A stretch of DNA of 64,000 nt from Cyanophora paradoxa CCMP329 (taxonomy: Eukaryota; Plantae; Glaucophyta): positions 53,646 to 117,645 of the forward strand of contig QPMI01000185.1 of the NCBI GenBank assembly GCA_004431415.1, given 5' to 3'. The position numbers and the translations under genes are program-made. Shown in pieces: positions 1 through 11,348 of this stretch (position 1 is its first letter; the number at the start of each line of letters is the position of its first letter). The notes beneath the pieces are model-generated. The model made no database searches. It was given only the letters and a program-made list of their open reading frames with translations, and was not told the DNA's origin.

Positions 1-546
1 ACTCGCTTGTAATTTCCCAAGCGTCTTGCAATTGGTTTCTCAAGCCCACGATCGCGACTTTGCCGTAGAGAGATCAGCCGTTGGTACCCCTCTCTCCAAA
101 CAAATTAAACTTGAAAGGCTCAATTCGGATTTCGGATTCGCAAGGCTTCATGAACTTTGGAAGGAGAAGAGCTAGAACTTCTTGGCAAGTTCTTGAACGT
201 GACGTTCACTCATCATGGCAAGGCCACTCCTCGGGCAAAGCCACTTCAAGTTCTAGCTCCACTGATTTTCTGCGTCAAGTATTTTCCTGCCCTACGGAAG
301 TACTAGCTGGTAGTAGCCTGGTACTAGTCACTGAGTCTGGTAGTAGTCTCAGTACTACCAGTAGCTATAGAAGTACTGTACTACGGTAGTACGGTACTGG
401 AACACGCCCGCGACGCTCAAGGGCAAAACGCCCGGCACTGGTGGGCGGAGGTACCTACTTGAAGAGGCCGTCACCGGCACCGGAAAGGTTCGAAACAAAT
501 AAGTTCATGTATTAAGATGGTCGATTTAGGTTGCATTCGTTGCAGA

Positions 547-2187
547 TCGCAGTGGTGATCAACGCGAATGCGGCGAAGAACGCGGAGGCGGCAAAGGCCG
601 TCGTGGCGGTGACCGCCGCCGACTCGAACTACCTCGACGTCTCGCAGGAGGTCACCTTCCCCATCGGGGCCGCCCCCACGGTGAGCTCGAGCTCGAGCAC
701 GGTCGACGTCAGACTTGCTTAAGCTTGCTTTTCGCCGACGTTTTCTTTCGCAGCCGAGCCCAAGCCCTACCCCATCTCCGAGCCCGACGCCCAGCCCAAG
801 CCCGACGCCCAGCCCAAGCCCGACGCCCAGCCCGAGCCCAACACCCAGCGCTACGCCGAGTCCCAGCCCGAGCCCCACCGCGACGCCGAGCCCGACCCCA
901 ACTGCTGCGCCGGCGCCGCTGCCGGAAGGGGCGAAGAAGAGCGGGGTGACCGTCGTAGAGACTACGTTGTCCGTGAGCATGCCGACTCGCCAAGACTGCG
1001 AGACGGCCGCCGCAGCGCCCGGCAAGGTACATGTCCACAAAGTCAAGGAACTTCAGTTGGGTGTTTTGTTACTTATTCCGCGGGACAGATTCAAAGCGAC
1101 GTCGTCAACAGTCTGCGCAAGGCTGATTCATCTGCGAGCTTTGACGACAACCAGTTCAAGGTACGAAAGGATCCGTCATTGTTTGCAGTTTAATCAACGG
1201 TATATCAAGAGAATCCAAATTAGAGAAAACAGATTAATTATCGCATTCATATCATGGCCATCAGCTGGGCCATCAGCTGTTGTACTTCCGCCTAAAAGCG
1301 CCTCCGGATCCGCAGGTCTCTGGCGCCAAATGCGCTTCAGTAGAAACTCGCCACTCGCGGAAGCTGCATGCAGTCTCGATGGACGTTTTCATCGTCATTT
1401 TCGACAGCCTGCGGTCCACCGCCGGTGGGGTCTCAGCCCGGGATCTCTACAGCAGCCTGCAGAAGGCCGCAACCGCCTCCGGGTCGACGTTCTCCGTGGC
1501 CGGCGGGACCGCCACGGGGGTGTCAAGCCCCGTCGTCAAGGAGAACCAGGCCATCGTCATGACGAGCACGGTCCGCGGCCTCTCATTCTTCTCCACCCGA
1601 GCTCAACGGGTCGGTGATCCCCGCGCGCTCGCCGCAGGGTCCGATCATCGAGCCCACCCCGGGTCCGGGCGTCACGTCCGGGTCCTCCACGAACGTCGGC
1701 GCCATCGTGGGAGGTGGTGCGCATTTAATTCAAATTATATAATTAGAACATGAATTGGCATTGATCATGATGCAAATACCCCCTGTGCGCCACGCCAGTC
1801 CTCGGAGGAGTAGTGGGCCTCGTCATCGTCGTCCTGCTCATCGTCTGCATCGTCAAGCGGCGCCGGAGCGGCGCCGCGCGGAAGAGCAAGAAGCGGGACG
1901 ACATCGAGGCTGCGAAGCAGCCCCCGGCGCCCGCCCCCGTCATAGCCCCGGCCCCGGCTCCAGTTTCGGCGCCGCATGCCGGAAGCGTTTATTCCCAGCC
2001 GGGCCCCAGATATGGCGATGCCGGCGCCCACTACCAAACCGGCGCAGGCAACGCCGCTCCGGCGCCCATCAACAATCAGCCCATGAACATTCATTCAAAC
2101 TCGCAGCCGGAGCCCAGATACCGACACGGCGCCGGTGCAGGCGGCGGCACGGAACTCAATTCTGTAGACGTTAATGTGCCCAACTAG
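547..2187 (+). CDS. 3' exons of a type I membrane/surface glycoprotein with a (PSPT)n stalk; 5' part probably upstream of the window
   Basis: Exon [17 protein letters not shown]...PIGAAPT, GT-AG intron 681-752, then a [10 protein letters not shown] repeat exon. Hydrophobic [16 protein letters not shown] followed by KRRR; Pro-rich tail ending at TAG 2185-2187. Confidence 0.7.
753..905 (+). repeat. 18-bp coding tandem repeat (PSPSPT)n
   Basis: cccagcccaagcccgacg-like units repeated about 8 times. Confidence 0.9.
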
Positions 2188-3286
2188 CTATAGCGCCACC
2201 GAGCATGTTCCATGAATATTAATACTCTTCAAGGGTTGATTGATATATATGCGCATGCGCATATCATCATAGTATGCCGGTTCTCTCGTTTACTAGGTCT
2301 TCAGCTCGCGCTCGCCCCCCGCTCGTCTCAGGATGTGCAAGGTGGGGTCTAAATAATAAATATAGAGAAAGCATCGATATGTAGATCTATAGCTACAGCT
2401 AACGCTCGATCTCGCAGCAGTGCTAGCGAAACCGAAATGGATAATTGTAAGCCGCGCCGTGGCACAGAATTCAACAATTACTATTAAAAAGCCCCCCGCG
2501 CTGCCCAGGCTGCGCCGCCGTCCCCCGTGCCTCCGCACCGCCCGGCCTGGCGGGCCGCGCCGCCACCCGCCGTGCCTTTATGCTCCAGGCCGCCTGGCGA
2601 GCCGCCCCCCGCCCCCCAGGCCGCCGCGCCTCCGGCCCGCCTAGAGCCTCGGAGAGCCGCGCCGCCGCCCGCCGCGCCTCCGGCCCATCCCGCCAATTGC
2701 ACGCCGCGCCGCCGCCCGGCGCCCGCCGCGTCCAGGACTCCGCCCGACCCCTCTGTATTTCGGGGGCGATTCTCCTAGTGTAGCCGGGCGCCGCAGCACG
2801 GCGGGCCCGGGGATACGTATACCACAAGAAGACGTATCGGTGACGGGAAAAAGACCGACTTGCGAACTGGCCCAGGCGCCGGCCGGCTCAGACGGGACGG
2901 GGTATACGTAGGGGGCCGAGGAGGGGGAGGGGCAATTGCAACACTGACCAGCCACGTGATACGCATACACGGGGCTGGTCCCAGCAGCCGCGCCACGGAT
3001 CCGGATTCGTCGCTGGCCTCGGGCCCTGGCCTCAGCGCGGCCTCGCTCTCGGCCTTTCGTGCTTTCTCTCTTTCTCTATAGCTAGATCTGCCCCAGCTGC
3101 AGCTGCTGCGCATGCGGGCGCGCGGAAATGTACATATATATCTGTATATAAATGCCGCAATGCACACACCGTACATGTCCGAATGCCGCAGAAAATTAAA
3201 GGAAAAAACAAAGAATCGGACTATAGCTATAGGTGAGCGACGAATTGGAATACGAAGTATTTCAGTGCCCGACGGGGCGACATCGA

Positions 3287-4012
3287 TCAGAGGAGGGCCG
3301 AGCCGCTGCCAGTGCTGTCGTGGTCGGCGCAGAGGCCGGCGTCGAGGAAAGCGTCCGCCGCCTCGCCGCCCTCCGCCCCGAAGGCCTCGCCGCCCTCCTC
3401 CCCCTGCGCCCCGGGTGAGGGGGGGATTCGAAGGGGGGGGGAGGGGGGGGAGGAGGTACGCACGGCGGCGCCGGTGTCATCGTCGACGAAGCCGTTCGGG
3501 ACGGCGTACTGGAGCACCTGCCGGCCGCGGGGGGACCGTCGGACGGGGTGCATGATCATGAGGCAGATCTCGGAAATTAAACGCCAGGGCATTGCGCTCC
3601 GTGCCATGGCCGGGGAACACTTTAAATTTCAAGCGCACCTGCGTGTCCGAGTCGAGCTTGAAATCGTACGCGTCCCAGGAGCGGTCGATGGTTCTGCACT
3701 GGCCATTCCACCCTTTCTTTTGGCTCAGGCTGTACTCGGAGCCGGTCAGCTTCTTGCATTCTTTGTCGGCGTCAAGGACGTTACTCGCTTGCACGGATTT
3801 GTACGAGCCCGTGCCTGCGCGCACGGGCGCCGGCGCGAGCTTCATCATCAGACAATTGCAACCCCAGGATGCGCTGCTCACATGAGCGGGCGGGCGGGCG
3901 GGCGGGCGGGCGGGCGGGTAGGCCTAGGCCTAGGGCCGCGGCCGCGGGCCGGGGAGACTCTGAGAACTTGGAACGCACAGTTGGGGCCAGTCCAGCACAT
4001 GTAAACTTCCAT
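3287..4012 (-). CDS. Hypothetical multi-exon protein; exon structure uncertain
   Basis: Protein-like segments SWGCNCLMMKLAP...YDFKLDSDTQ, ICLMIMHPVRRSPRGRQVLQYAVPNGFVDDD and GEEGGEAFGAEGGEAADAFLDAG, separated by intron-like stretches. No family recognised. Confidence 0.3.
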
Positions 4013-4104
4013 CTCGTTCGAGGGCGAAGCGCTTGAAGGCGAGGGCGAGGGATGCTCGGCGGCTGAAGCTTAAGCTTCGAAATGTTGATGCGAACTTGAT
4101 CTCA

Positions 4105-5065
4105 GGCCGCGGTACCGGTGTGCACTGTGCACTGTGTAGTCCCGGGACCCGAGTCCCGAGTCGGGAGTCGGGACTCCGGGGAGTCGGCCGAGTCGGGGAG
4201 TCGGATTCCGAAGCGGCGGGAATTAATTCGAACTTTGAATTCGGAAAAATCGGAAGTACTAGTCTGATTCGGAATCGAAGTTCTCATCATGGCATGATCA
4301 GATCTAGATCTAGAGCAGTGATGGTATTATTAATTCTTGGCAAATCGTGACCGTTATTGATTTTTAGAAACCCCGCTCGGTCCGCGGCTCGGACAGCTAG
4401 AGCATAAACGTGCACCCGGCCCAGTCTCCGGGCCTCCTTATAATTACGTATACTACCGGCCCTAGGCCTAGTGCCGGTATAAAGTTACTAGAGAGTCCTA
4501 AGTACTAGTGGGGTGCGGATCGATCTCCCTGGTACTTCGCGAGTCCCCACTCCGACTCCCGACCGTCGACGTCGGACTCCCGACTCCCGCGAGTCCGGTA
4601 CCGGTCAGTGCGGTCACGAGACTCACGACTCCGGTCACGAGTCCGGTGACTCCGGTGGGAGACTCGGAGAGTAGTCGGAGTCCGAAATTTCTCCGATTCC
4701 CGAGATTCCCGAGTCCCGACTCCCGAGTCCCGATCGCGACTCGCGAGTCCCGGGCGGCCCCCCGCGTCTTGTCCGAAGTTGTCACGGTCTTGATCATGAG
4801 TTTTGACTCTTGATCACGCATTCCATCATTTTCCATGTCATTCCATCATTTTCCATGTCATTTTCTGCCCCGGCGGGCCGGCCGCGCCGGCGGCCCGCCG
4901 GCCCCCCGCGTCTTGACTCTTGAGTCTTGCAATTGACTCTTGATCACGCATTCCGAAGTTCCTTCATTCTCCGTGTCATTTTCCATTTTCCATTTTCCGA
5001 GTTCCATCGTTATTATTCTGTTTTACGATACATGTCATGATCATGAATCATGATTCATGATCACC
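4105..5065. repeat. GAGTC/GACTC-rich, partly inverted low-complexity repeat region
   Basis: gagtcgg clusters at 4150-4210 mirrored by ccgactc clusters at 4540-4600. Direct repeat ccccgcgtcttg...gactcttgatcacgcattcc at ~4758 and ~4904. Confidence 0.5.
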
Positions 5066-5357
5066 GTGAACCGTTAAACCCCGTGCGCATGGCGCCGCAT
5101 GCAAGTGACCTGACCATAACTTGTTTTCATCCATATATAATACGGCTACCACGGCCCACGGGTAGCAGAGCCGGCACGGCCAGCCGTATAAAAGCGCGGA
5201 AGGGAGGCCGCGGAAAGGTTCGAGAGAGATTTACGGGGCAGCGCCGGCCGGGGGGGTACCGGTGGCCCACAGATCTAGATCACAAGTTCTCGTATATTTT
5301 ATAGACCGGGGGAGGGAGGGGGCATCCCCGGGGAAGGAAGGGCCCGGCCGGCTACAG

Positions 5358-7138
5358 CTACGCGCCGAGGAGGACGGGGACCATGACCTCGTTGCGCCGC
5401 AGGAAGGGCAGCGTCCACTGCGCCGAAAGCCGGAGCCGCGTGAGGCGGCGCCGAGCTAAGAGCTAAGCGCTCGCAGTTCGCCCTTGCTGTTAGCTAATTA
5501 TATAAGTAGTTCGCAAAGTAGTTAGCTAATTAGTTCGCTCGTGCTGTTAGCTAAGTAGTTCGCTCGGGGCCGCGCGCGTGAGGCAGCGCCGAGGCGGAGG
5601 GGATGTGCATGTGCTCACTGAGTCATATGCCTTAGGCGGACGAGCTCAAGGCGGGGGGGGGGGGGGGGGGGGGGGCGGGGCGCATGGAGAGCTAACAGAG
5701 CTAAGAGCTACACGTGCTTATATGATTTAGGCAGGGAGGGCGGGGCGGGGCGGACCGGGGGGTTGTACTGGCAGAGGCGGAAGGCGGCGCCCGGGGCGAG
5801 GGCGACGCCGTCCCGCGCCAGCAGCCCCCGCAGCTTCCCCTCGTGCTCCTCCCGGTTGCTCTCCCCGAACCCGCTGTACGTGATCTGCCCGCGTAGCGAA
5901 GCGAGGCGTGAGAGCCCTCTAAGAAACACTACAGGTAATGCCGCAGTGCTGTTTGAAGCGTTATATATATAATTTGTAAGAAGCTTAGTGAGCGCCGTCG
6001 GAGACGCTTAAGCTTCAGAGCCGGGTAGGGAATTCGAAGGCCGGGCGAGGGTCTCTCTAGTGAAGCAAAGCGAAGTGTGAGCGCCCCCTCTCTAAGAACT
6101 ACAGGGAATTTAATGCTACTTGGAGCGTCATGCAAGAAGCTTAGGAAGCGCCGTCGGAGACGCTTAAGCTTAAGCTTAGATTGTACATCCGGAGGCGCGG
6201 ACCACGGCGAGAGTCTCGGAGGCGGCGCGCTTGATGGCGACCTCGGGGTTCGTGGGCTTCGGCAGGCTCGCCTCGTCGTACTGGGCCGGCATCACGAACT
6301 TCATCTGAGGCGGCCCTGGGCCTTAGCCTAGGCCCTTTCGGGGCTCAGGGCTCAGGTGAACCTCACCTTGCTCTCCGCCATGATCACCGGCGCCCTGCCC
6401 CCGCGCGCCCGATCGTCAGCTGAAGGAGCTTGTGTGGGCTCTCCTTTTAAAAGCTTAGATGATCGCCGCCATTAAACGTGGCTCCATCGTTAGCTAAAGG
6501 TGCTGAGCCCGTACGCGTGCACGTGGCGGAATCGATCGAGCGGAGGCGGGGCGCGCGCGGGGCCTGGGCGCACGTCATGGCGACCTTGGTGCTGCTCCCG
6601 CTCGGCGCGACGTTCTTCCCAAAGATGAAGCCGGCGAGCTGCGCCCAGGCGCACGCGCGCCTCAGACCGAGGACGGGCCAGCGCGCGGTAGCTATCCCGC
6701 GCAGGCACAGAGGCGCTCTGGAGCGCAAGCACTTCCAGTCCATAGCTTATTATAAAGACGAGCGCGCGCGACTCCGCGAGCCGCGTACCTTGCGGAAGGC
6801 CGTGCCCGTGTCCGCGTTCTCCATCTGCACCTCTGCGATGATGAGGTTCGGGTACTTCCTTATCTCGTAGCCGTCACACTTCTTGACCAGCTCGAACTTC
6901 GGCTCCTCGACCTGCGCGGTTGGCCGGTTGGGCCGAGCAGGTTCGCCGAGGGCATGCGCGCGCAAGCCAGCTACTGCAGCGCCCTCTAAACTGAGCAGAG
7001 GGCCTGGGGCGCGATGCGCAGCGCATGGCTAGCCCGTGCACGCGCGTCGATTCCCGGCGCGCGTGGGAGGTGCGGCCCTTTCCGTACGACCACGCGGCCC
7101 GCCACGCGCACCGTTTGCACGCCAAAGATGGACGCCAT
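5358..7138 (-). CDS. SOUL haem-binding protein (multi-exon)
   Basis: Spliced MASIFGVQT|VEEPKFELVKKCDGYEIRKYPNLIIAEV...AFRK|LAGFIFGKN...VAMT|APVIM..|MKFVMPAQYDEASLPKPTNPEV...|YNPP|WTLPFLRRNEVMVPV: hallmark SOUL motifs. Confidence 0.92.
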
Positions 7139-7391
7139 GGGTGCTGGTGATGTGCTTGCGCGCCGACTGGGTGCGGGGACGACGGTTCGCCGAACGATAC
7201 CAGAGACACGGAGAAAGCGAGCGGCGCGGTATGCGGCCGAGGTCTGCACTGTGTGGTTGAAGCGCAGGACCCGGGATGCAGAGCTGGAAGGATGTACCCG
7301 GAAGTCGGTGCGACAGCTGTACCCCAAATACAGCGCGAAACGCTGCGAACGCACCCGCGCGGCCTCTCGCGCGGCATCAGCCCGACTCGAA

Positions 7392-10221
7392 ATGATGCCC
7401 GCGCACGGTGTAGTTCCGCCCTCCGCCGCGAGCGCGCCGCAGAAGGCGGCACAGCGCATCAGCATCGCAGCGGCAGGAGACTTGCAGCGCCTCCGCCCAG
7501 CACATGGGAGCGGCAAGCTCGACGCTTATCGAGGAGCCCAACCCCGCATACGCGGGCTACGGCAGGCAGCAGCACTCGGCGGTCCGCGCCGCCCAGCCGC
7601 CGTCGCAAACCGGCCGCGCGCCCCTCTCCACCGGCCCCTCCGCCTACGGCGCTAGTGAGTGCTCGAGGAGCGGTTTCGGCATCGCCGCGCGGCTTGGGAT
7701 GAAGGTGTACGACTGCGTGGGCGCGGACGTCGGCCTGACGACGACTTTCCCGGGCCACCGCGGGTCCCGGGCGGGCCTCGCGGCGGAGGCGACGGCGGTG
7801 GACCTGGGAGACGCGGCGGCGTTCAAGGGCTTCTGCTCGCAGACCTTCGTGGAGCGGACGAAGCGGCCGGCCCCGAGCCTGCTCGACCAGATGGCACTCG
7901 CCCGCATCGAGGAGGCCGAGCGGCGCCGCGAGAAGGCCGCCCGCCGCGCCATGGCCGATGCCCGCGTGCGCCCCTCCGCCTTCCTCGGCCGATTTGAAAT
8001 TTGAAAGGCCTCGCGCAGGGGAACGGGCTCTCGCCGCCGGGGCACACGGGGCCGGCGCCCCGCATCCTGAGCCTCTCGGCCGGCGGCTCGCCGCTGCTCA
8101 CGACGGAGCCCTTCGCGTTCGAGAGGAGCCGGGCGGAGCCGGGCGGGAGGGCGGCCGACTCGTCGCCTGCCGCGGAGCTGCGGGAATGGGTGCAGCGGGC
8201 GCTGGACGCCGAGCAGCAGGCGCGGGAGCAGAAGCGCGTCCTGGACCAGCTGGTGGAGGACTTCCGCCTCGGGAACATCGGGTCGGCCCCGCGGCACGAC
8301 TCGTTCGTCGAGGAGAAGCGGCGGGAGCTGGCGGCGCGGGAGGTGCGCGCGGAGGAGGCGGAGGCGGCGGCGCGGGAGCGCGTGCGGGCGCTGGACGCGC
8401 GCGAGGCGGCCGTGCGGGCCGCCGAGGAGCGCATCCGCGCCGACGAGCGCGCCCTGGGCGAGGTCCGGCCTAAGTTCTTAACTTCAAGCTTTCTATGCTT
8501 TGAAACTAACTAACTCTGCTTCCTTCAGATGATGGACGAGCTCCTCGAGAAGAAGCGGGCGCTGGACCGAGAGCGCGCCGAGGCGGCCGCGGGCGGCGCC
8601 GGGCACGGGCGGGATCGGACGGACGAGGAGCGGGAGGCCGCGCTGCGCCGCCGCGAGCGCGCCGTCACCGATCGCGAAACAGTGCGCCGCGCCCGCCTCG
8701 CTCAGCCCTCTGCTCCGATCCTTACTATCGTCCCGCGCCGCAGCTGCTGGCGCAGCAGCAGGCGGCCCTCGAGGAGCGCGAGGCGGTGCGACGCTTCCCC
8801 CTCCTCCTCCTCCCCGCTCTCTGCGCCCCTGACTTTCGCCTTAGGCCGTCGCGGAGAAGGAAGCGGCGCAGGAGGCGGCCGGGGCCGACGCGAACGCCGA
8901 GGCGGAGGCGGAGGCGGCGCGGCGGGAGGCGGGGCGGCGGGAGGCGGAGGAGCTCGCGCGCTCCGTCCTCCGCGTCGTCGACGCCATCCACGGGCGGCAA
9001 CTCCCGGGCCTCCCGGACGAGGACGAGGAGGAGGAGGACGAGGAAGAGGGCGAACAGGGCGAGGACGAGGAGGCGGAGGCGGCGCCGGAGGCAGTGGAGC
9101 CGCGGGGCCGGCGGCGCTGGAGCTCGGCCGAGCGCCTGCTTCGGAGCGAGCGGCGCTGGGTCCGCGAGCAGCTCGCCGCGGTCACCCGCGTCCTCCAGAA
9201 GGCGAGCATTTCGAATTCGATCCGAGATTTGATCTGGAATATGATCTGAAATTTGATCTGATCTGAGCTCGCCCAGTTCCTGGCGGAGGGCGAGGCGCTT
9301 CGGCGGTCGGCGGAGGCGGCGGAGGAGGGCAAGAGCCACGCGATCCTCAGCGTCGAGCGCATGCTCCAGCAGCTCACGCGCGTCGCCGCCGACGCCTCCG
9401 CCGCACACGTGCGCGAACTCCGTTCAACTTCGTCGTCGTCGTTGGAGTTCAGCTGATTTGGATTGCGGGGTACAGGTGGAGGCGGAGCGGCTGCGGGAGG
9501 TCGTGGGGACGCTGACGGCCCGCCTCACGAGCGCCCAGACCGAGCTCGCCACCCTCCGGCCCCGCGCCGCGGTCCGCCCCGCCCCCGCCCCCGCGCCCCG
9601 CCCCGAAGACCTCGCCCGGACCGAGCGCCCGCGCAGGGCCGGACGACCGGGACGCAGTGCGCGTCCGGGTCCCAGCTGCCTGCGATCCCGGAGACGAGCG
9701 GGCGGGCGGCGCGGGAACAGGAGGAGGAACAGCAGCAGCAACAACAACAGGCGGAGGCGCTGACGGCGCGGGCCGGCGAGCTGGAGGCACTTGTGACGCG
9801 GTACGAGGGGGAGCTGAAGGAGACGGCGGGGGCCGTCCTGGAGCTCCACGCGGCGCTGGAGCAGCGGGAGGCGGAGCTGGCGGAGCGGCGGCGCGAGGTC
9901 GAGCTGCGCGAGGTCGACGTGATGGAGGCGCGCTACGTCGCCCAGTGCCGCGAGCGCGAGGCCGGCGAGGCCGAGCGCGCCGCCGCCCTCGCCCGCCGCG
10001 ACAACCAGCTCCTCCTCCAGAAGGTGCGCTGGATCAAATTCAAATTAGATCTGGGCCTGACGCCGCGGCCGCAGATCAACGCGATGCACAGCCGGCTGAC
10101 GGATCTGACGGCCCGCTACGCCCGCGCCCGCTCCAAGTGCTCCTGCCGCGCCTTCGCGGGCCAGGGCGCCCTGCCCAAAGGCGACCTGCAGCACGAGGCG
10201 CCCAGCCGCCGCTGCCTCTAG
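7392..10221 (+). CDS. Long coiled-coil protein (multi-exon), function unknown
   Basis: Successive E/R/A-rich heptad exons (ELREWVQRALDAEQQAREQKR, ELEALVTRYEGELKET) bounded by GT/GC-AG introns; ends ...APSRRCL*. Confidence 0.65.
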
Positions 10222-10473
10222 CTCTAGACCGCTGTGCCCAGCCAGGTAGATGTCCGCGGGGGTCCAAAAAGCGATTGAAAGCAAACAGAACTACAGTTCA
10301 CACGGGAGCGAGAGGGACGAGGAAAGTAAGGGACAGCGGGCGGTCGGCGGGGGTCCGGAGGACGCGGCATGTCCCGGGGAGGGAGGGGGCGCGGCGAGCC
10401 GCGGGAAGCGCCCTGTGCGTCGGCATAAGCGATCCGGAGCGCCGGATAAAGCGGCGGACCCAAAGAGCACGCA

Positions 10474-11058
10474 CTACTCGTCGTTCTTGACAATGTCCTT
10501 GAACGCCTTGCCGGCGCTGAAGTGCGGCACACGCGTCTCCGGGATTTCAATGGTTTCGCCGGTGCGGGGGTTGCGGCCAGTCCGCGCCTTGCGCACACGC
10601 GCGTCGAACGAGCCGAAGCCGGGCAGAGTGACCTTCTCGCCGTTGGCAACCGCCTCCGCGATGGTCTCGAGCGTCGCTGCGACGAGGGCCGCCCGTCAGC
10701 ATCTAGGCGGCGTGTGGCGGGCAAGGGGCGGTTCCAAGTCGGCTAATGTCCAGCAGCCTAACAGACGTCTACTTTGCGTCGCGTCGTGCTCACCGGTGAG
10801 GACGAACTTGGCCTCCTTCTTGGTGATATTCGCGCGGAGCGAGATCTCCTCGAGCAGGCGATCGGTGTTCATGACCGCAACGGGGCCAGGCGTGGCCGCG
10901 GCACCGATGAAAGAGCGCTCAGCCTTCTGAGCGGCCGGGGCCGCGGCGAAGCCGCCGCGTACGCCGAAAACCTCGCTGCGTGCCGAGCAGACGCGGCTGC
11001 TGGACTGGGGAGCCGCCGGAACAGCCCGAGGCGCGAACGGCGCGATGGTGAAGGCCAT
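10474..11058 (-). CDS. hup: Bacterial-type histone-like DNA-binding protein HU with an N-terminal plastid transit peptide
   Basis: MAFTIAPF... extension, then [26 protein letters not shown]|..[59 protein letters not shown], matching the HU/IHF signature. One intron at ~10678-10793. Confidence 0.93.
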
Positions 11059-11348
11059 TTTGCCAAAAACTCTAGGTCGAACGGGTACAGTGTCGCAAAG
11101 CGGGGTACACACGTCCAGCAGCTCAGCGACCCTGCCTTCTATCGGAGCTACTTTGAGCCTCTGTCGGTGTCAGAGAGGTCGTAGCCGTTGCAACGCGTGC
11201 AAATCCCCTTGCTCTGGAGGTTTCCCGTATTTCAGCCCGGACTCTAGAGACTGGTGTCTCGCGCATGCGTAGCTAAGTCTTTACAGGCATGTGCACTGCG
11301 TGCCGGCAGCCTAGCTAGCGATTGGCGGCAGCCGGGCTTGTTGCCAAC

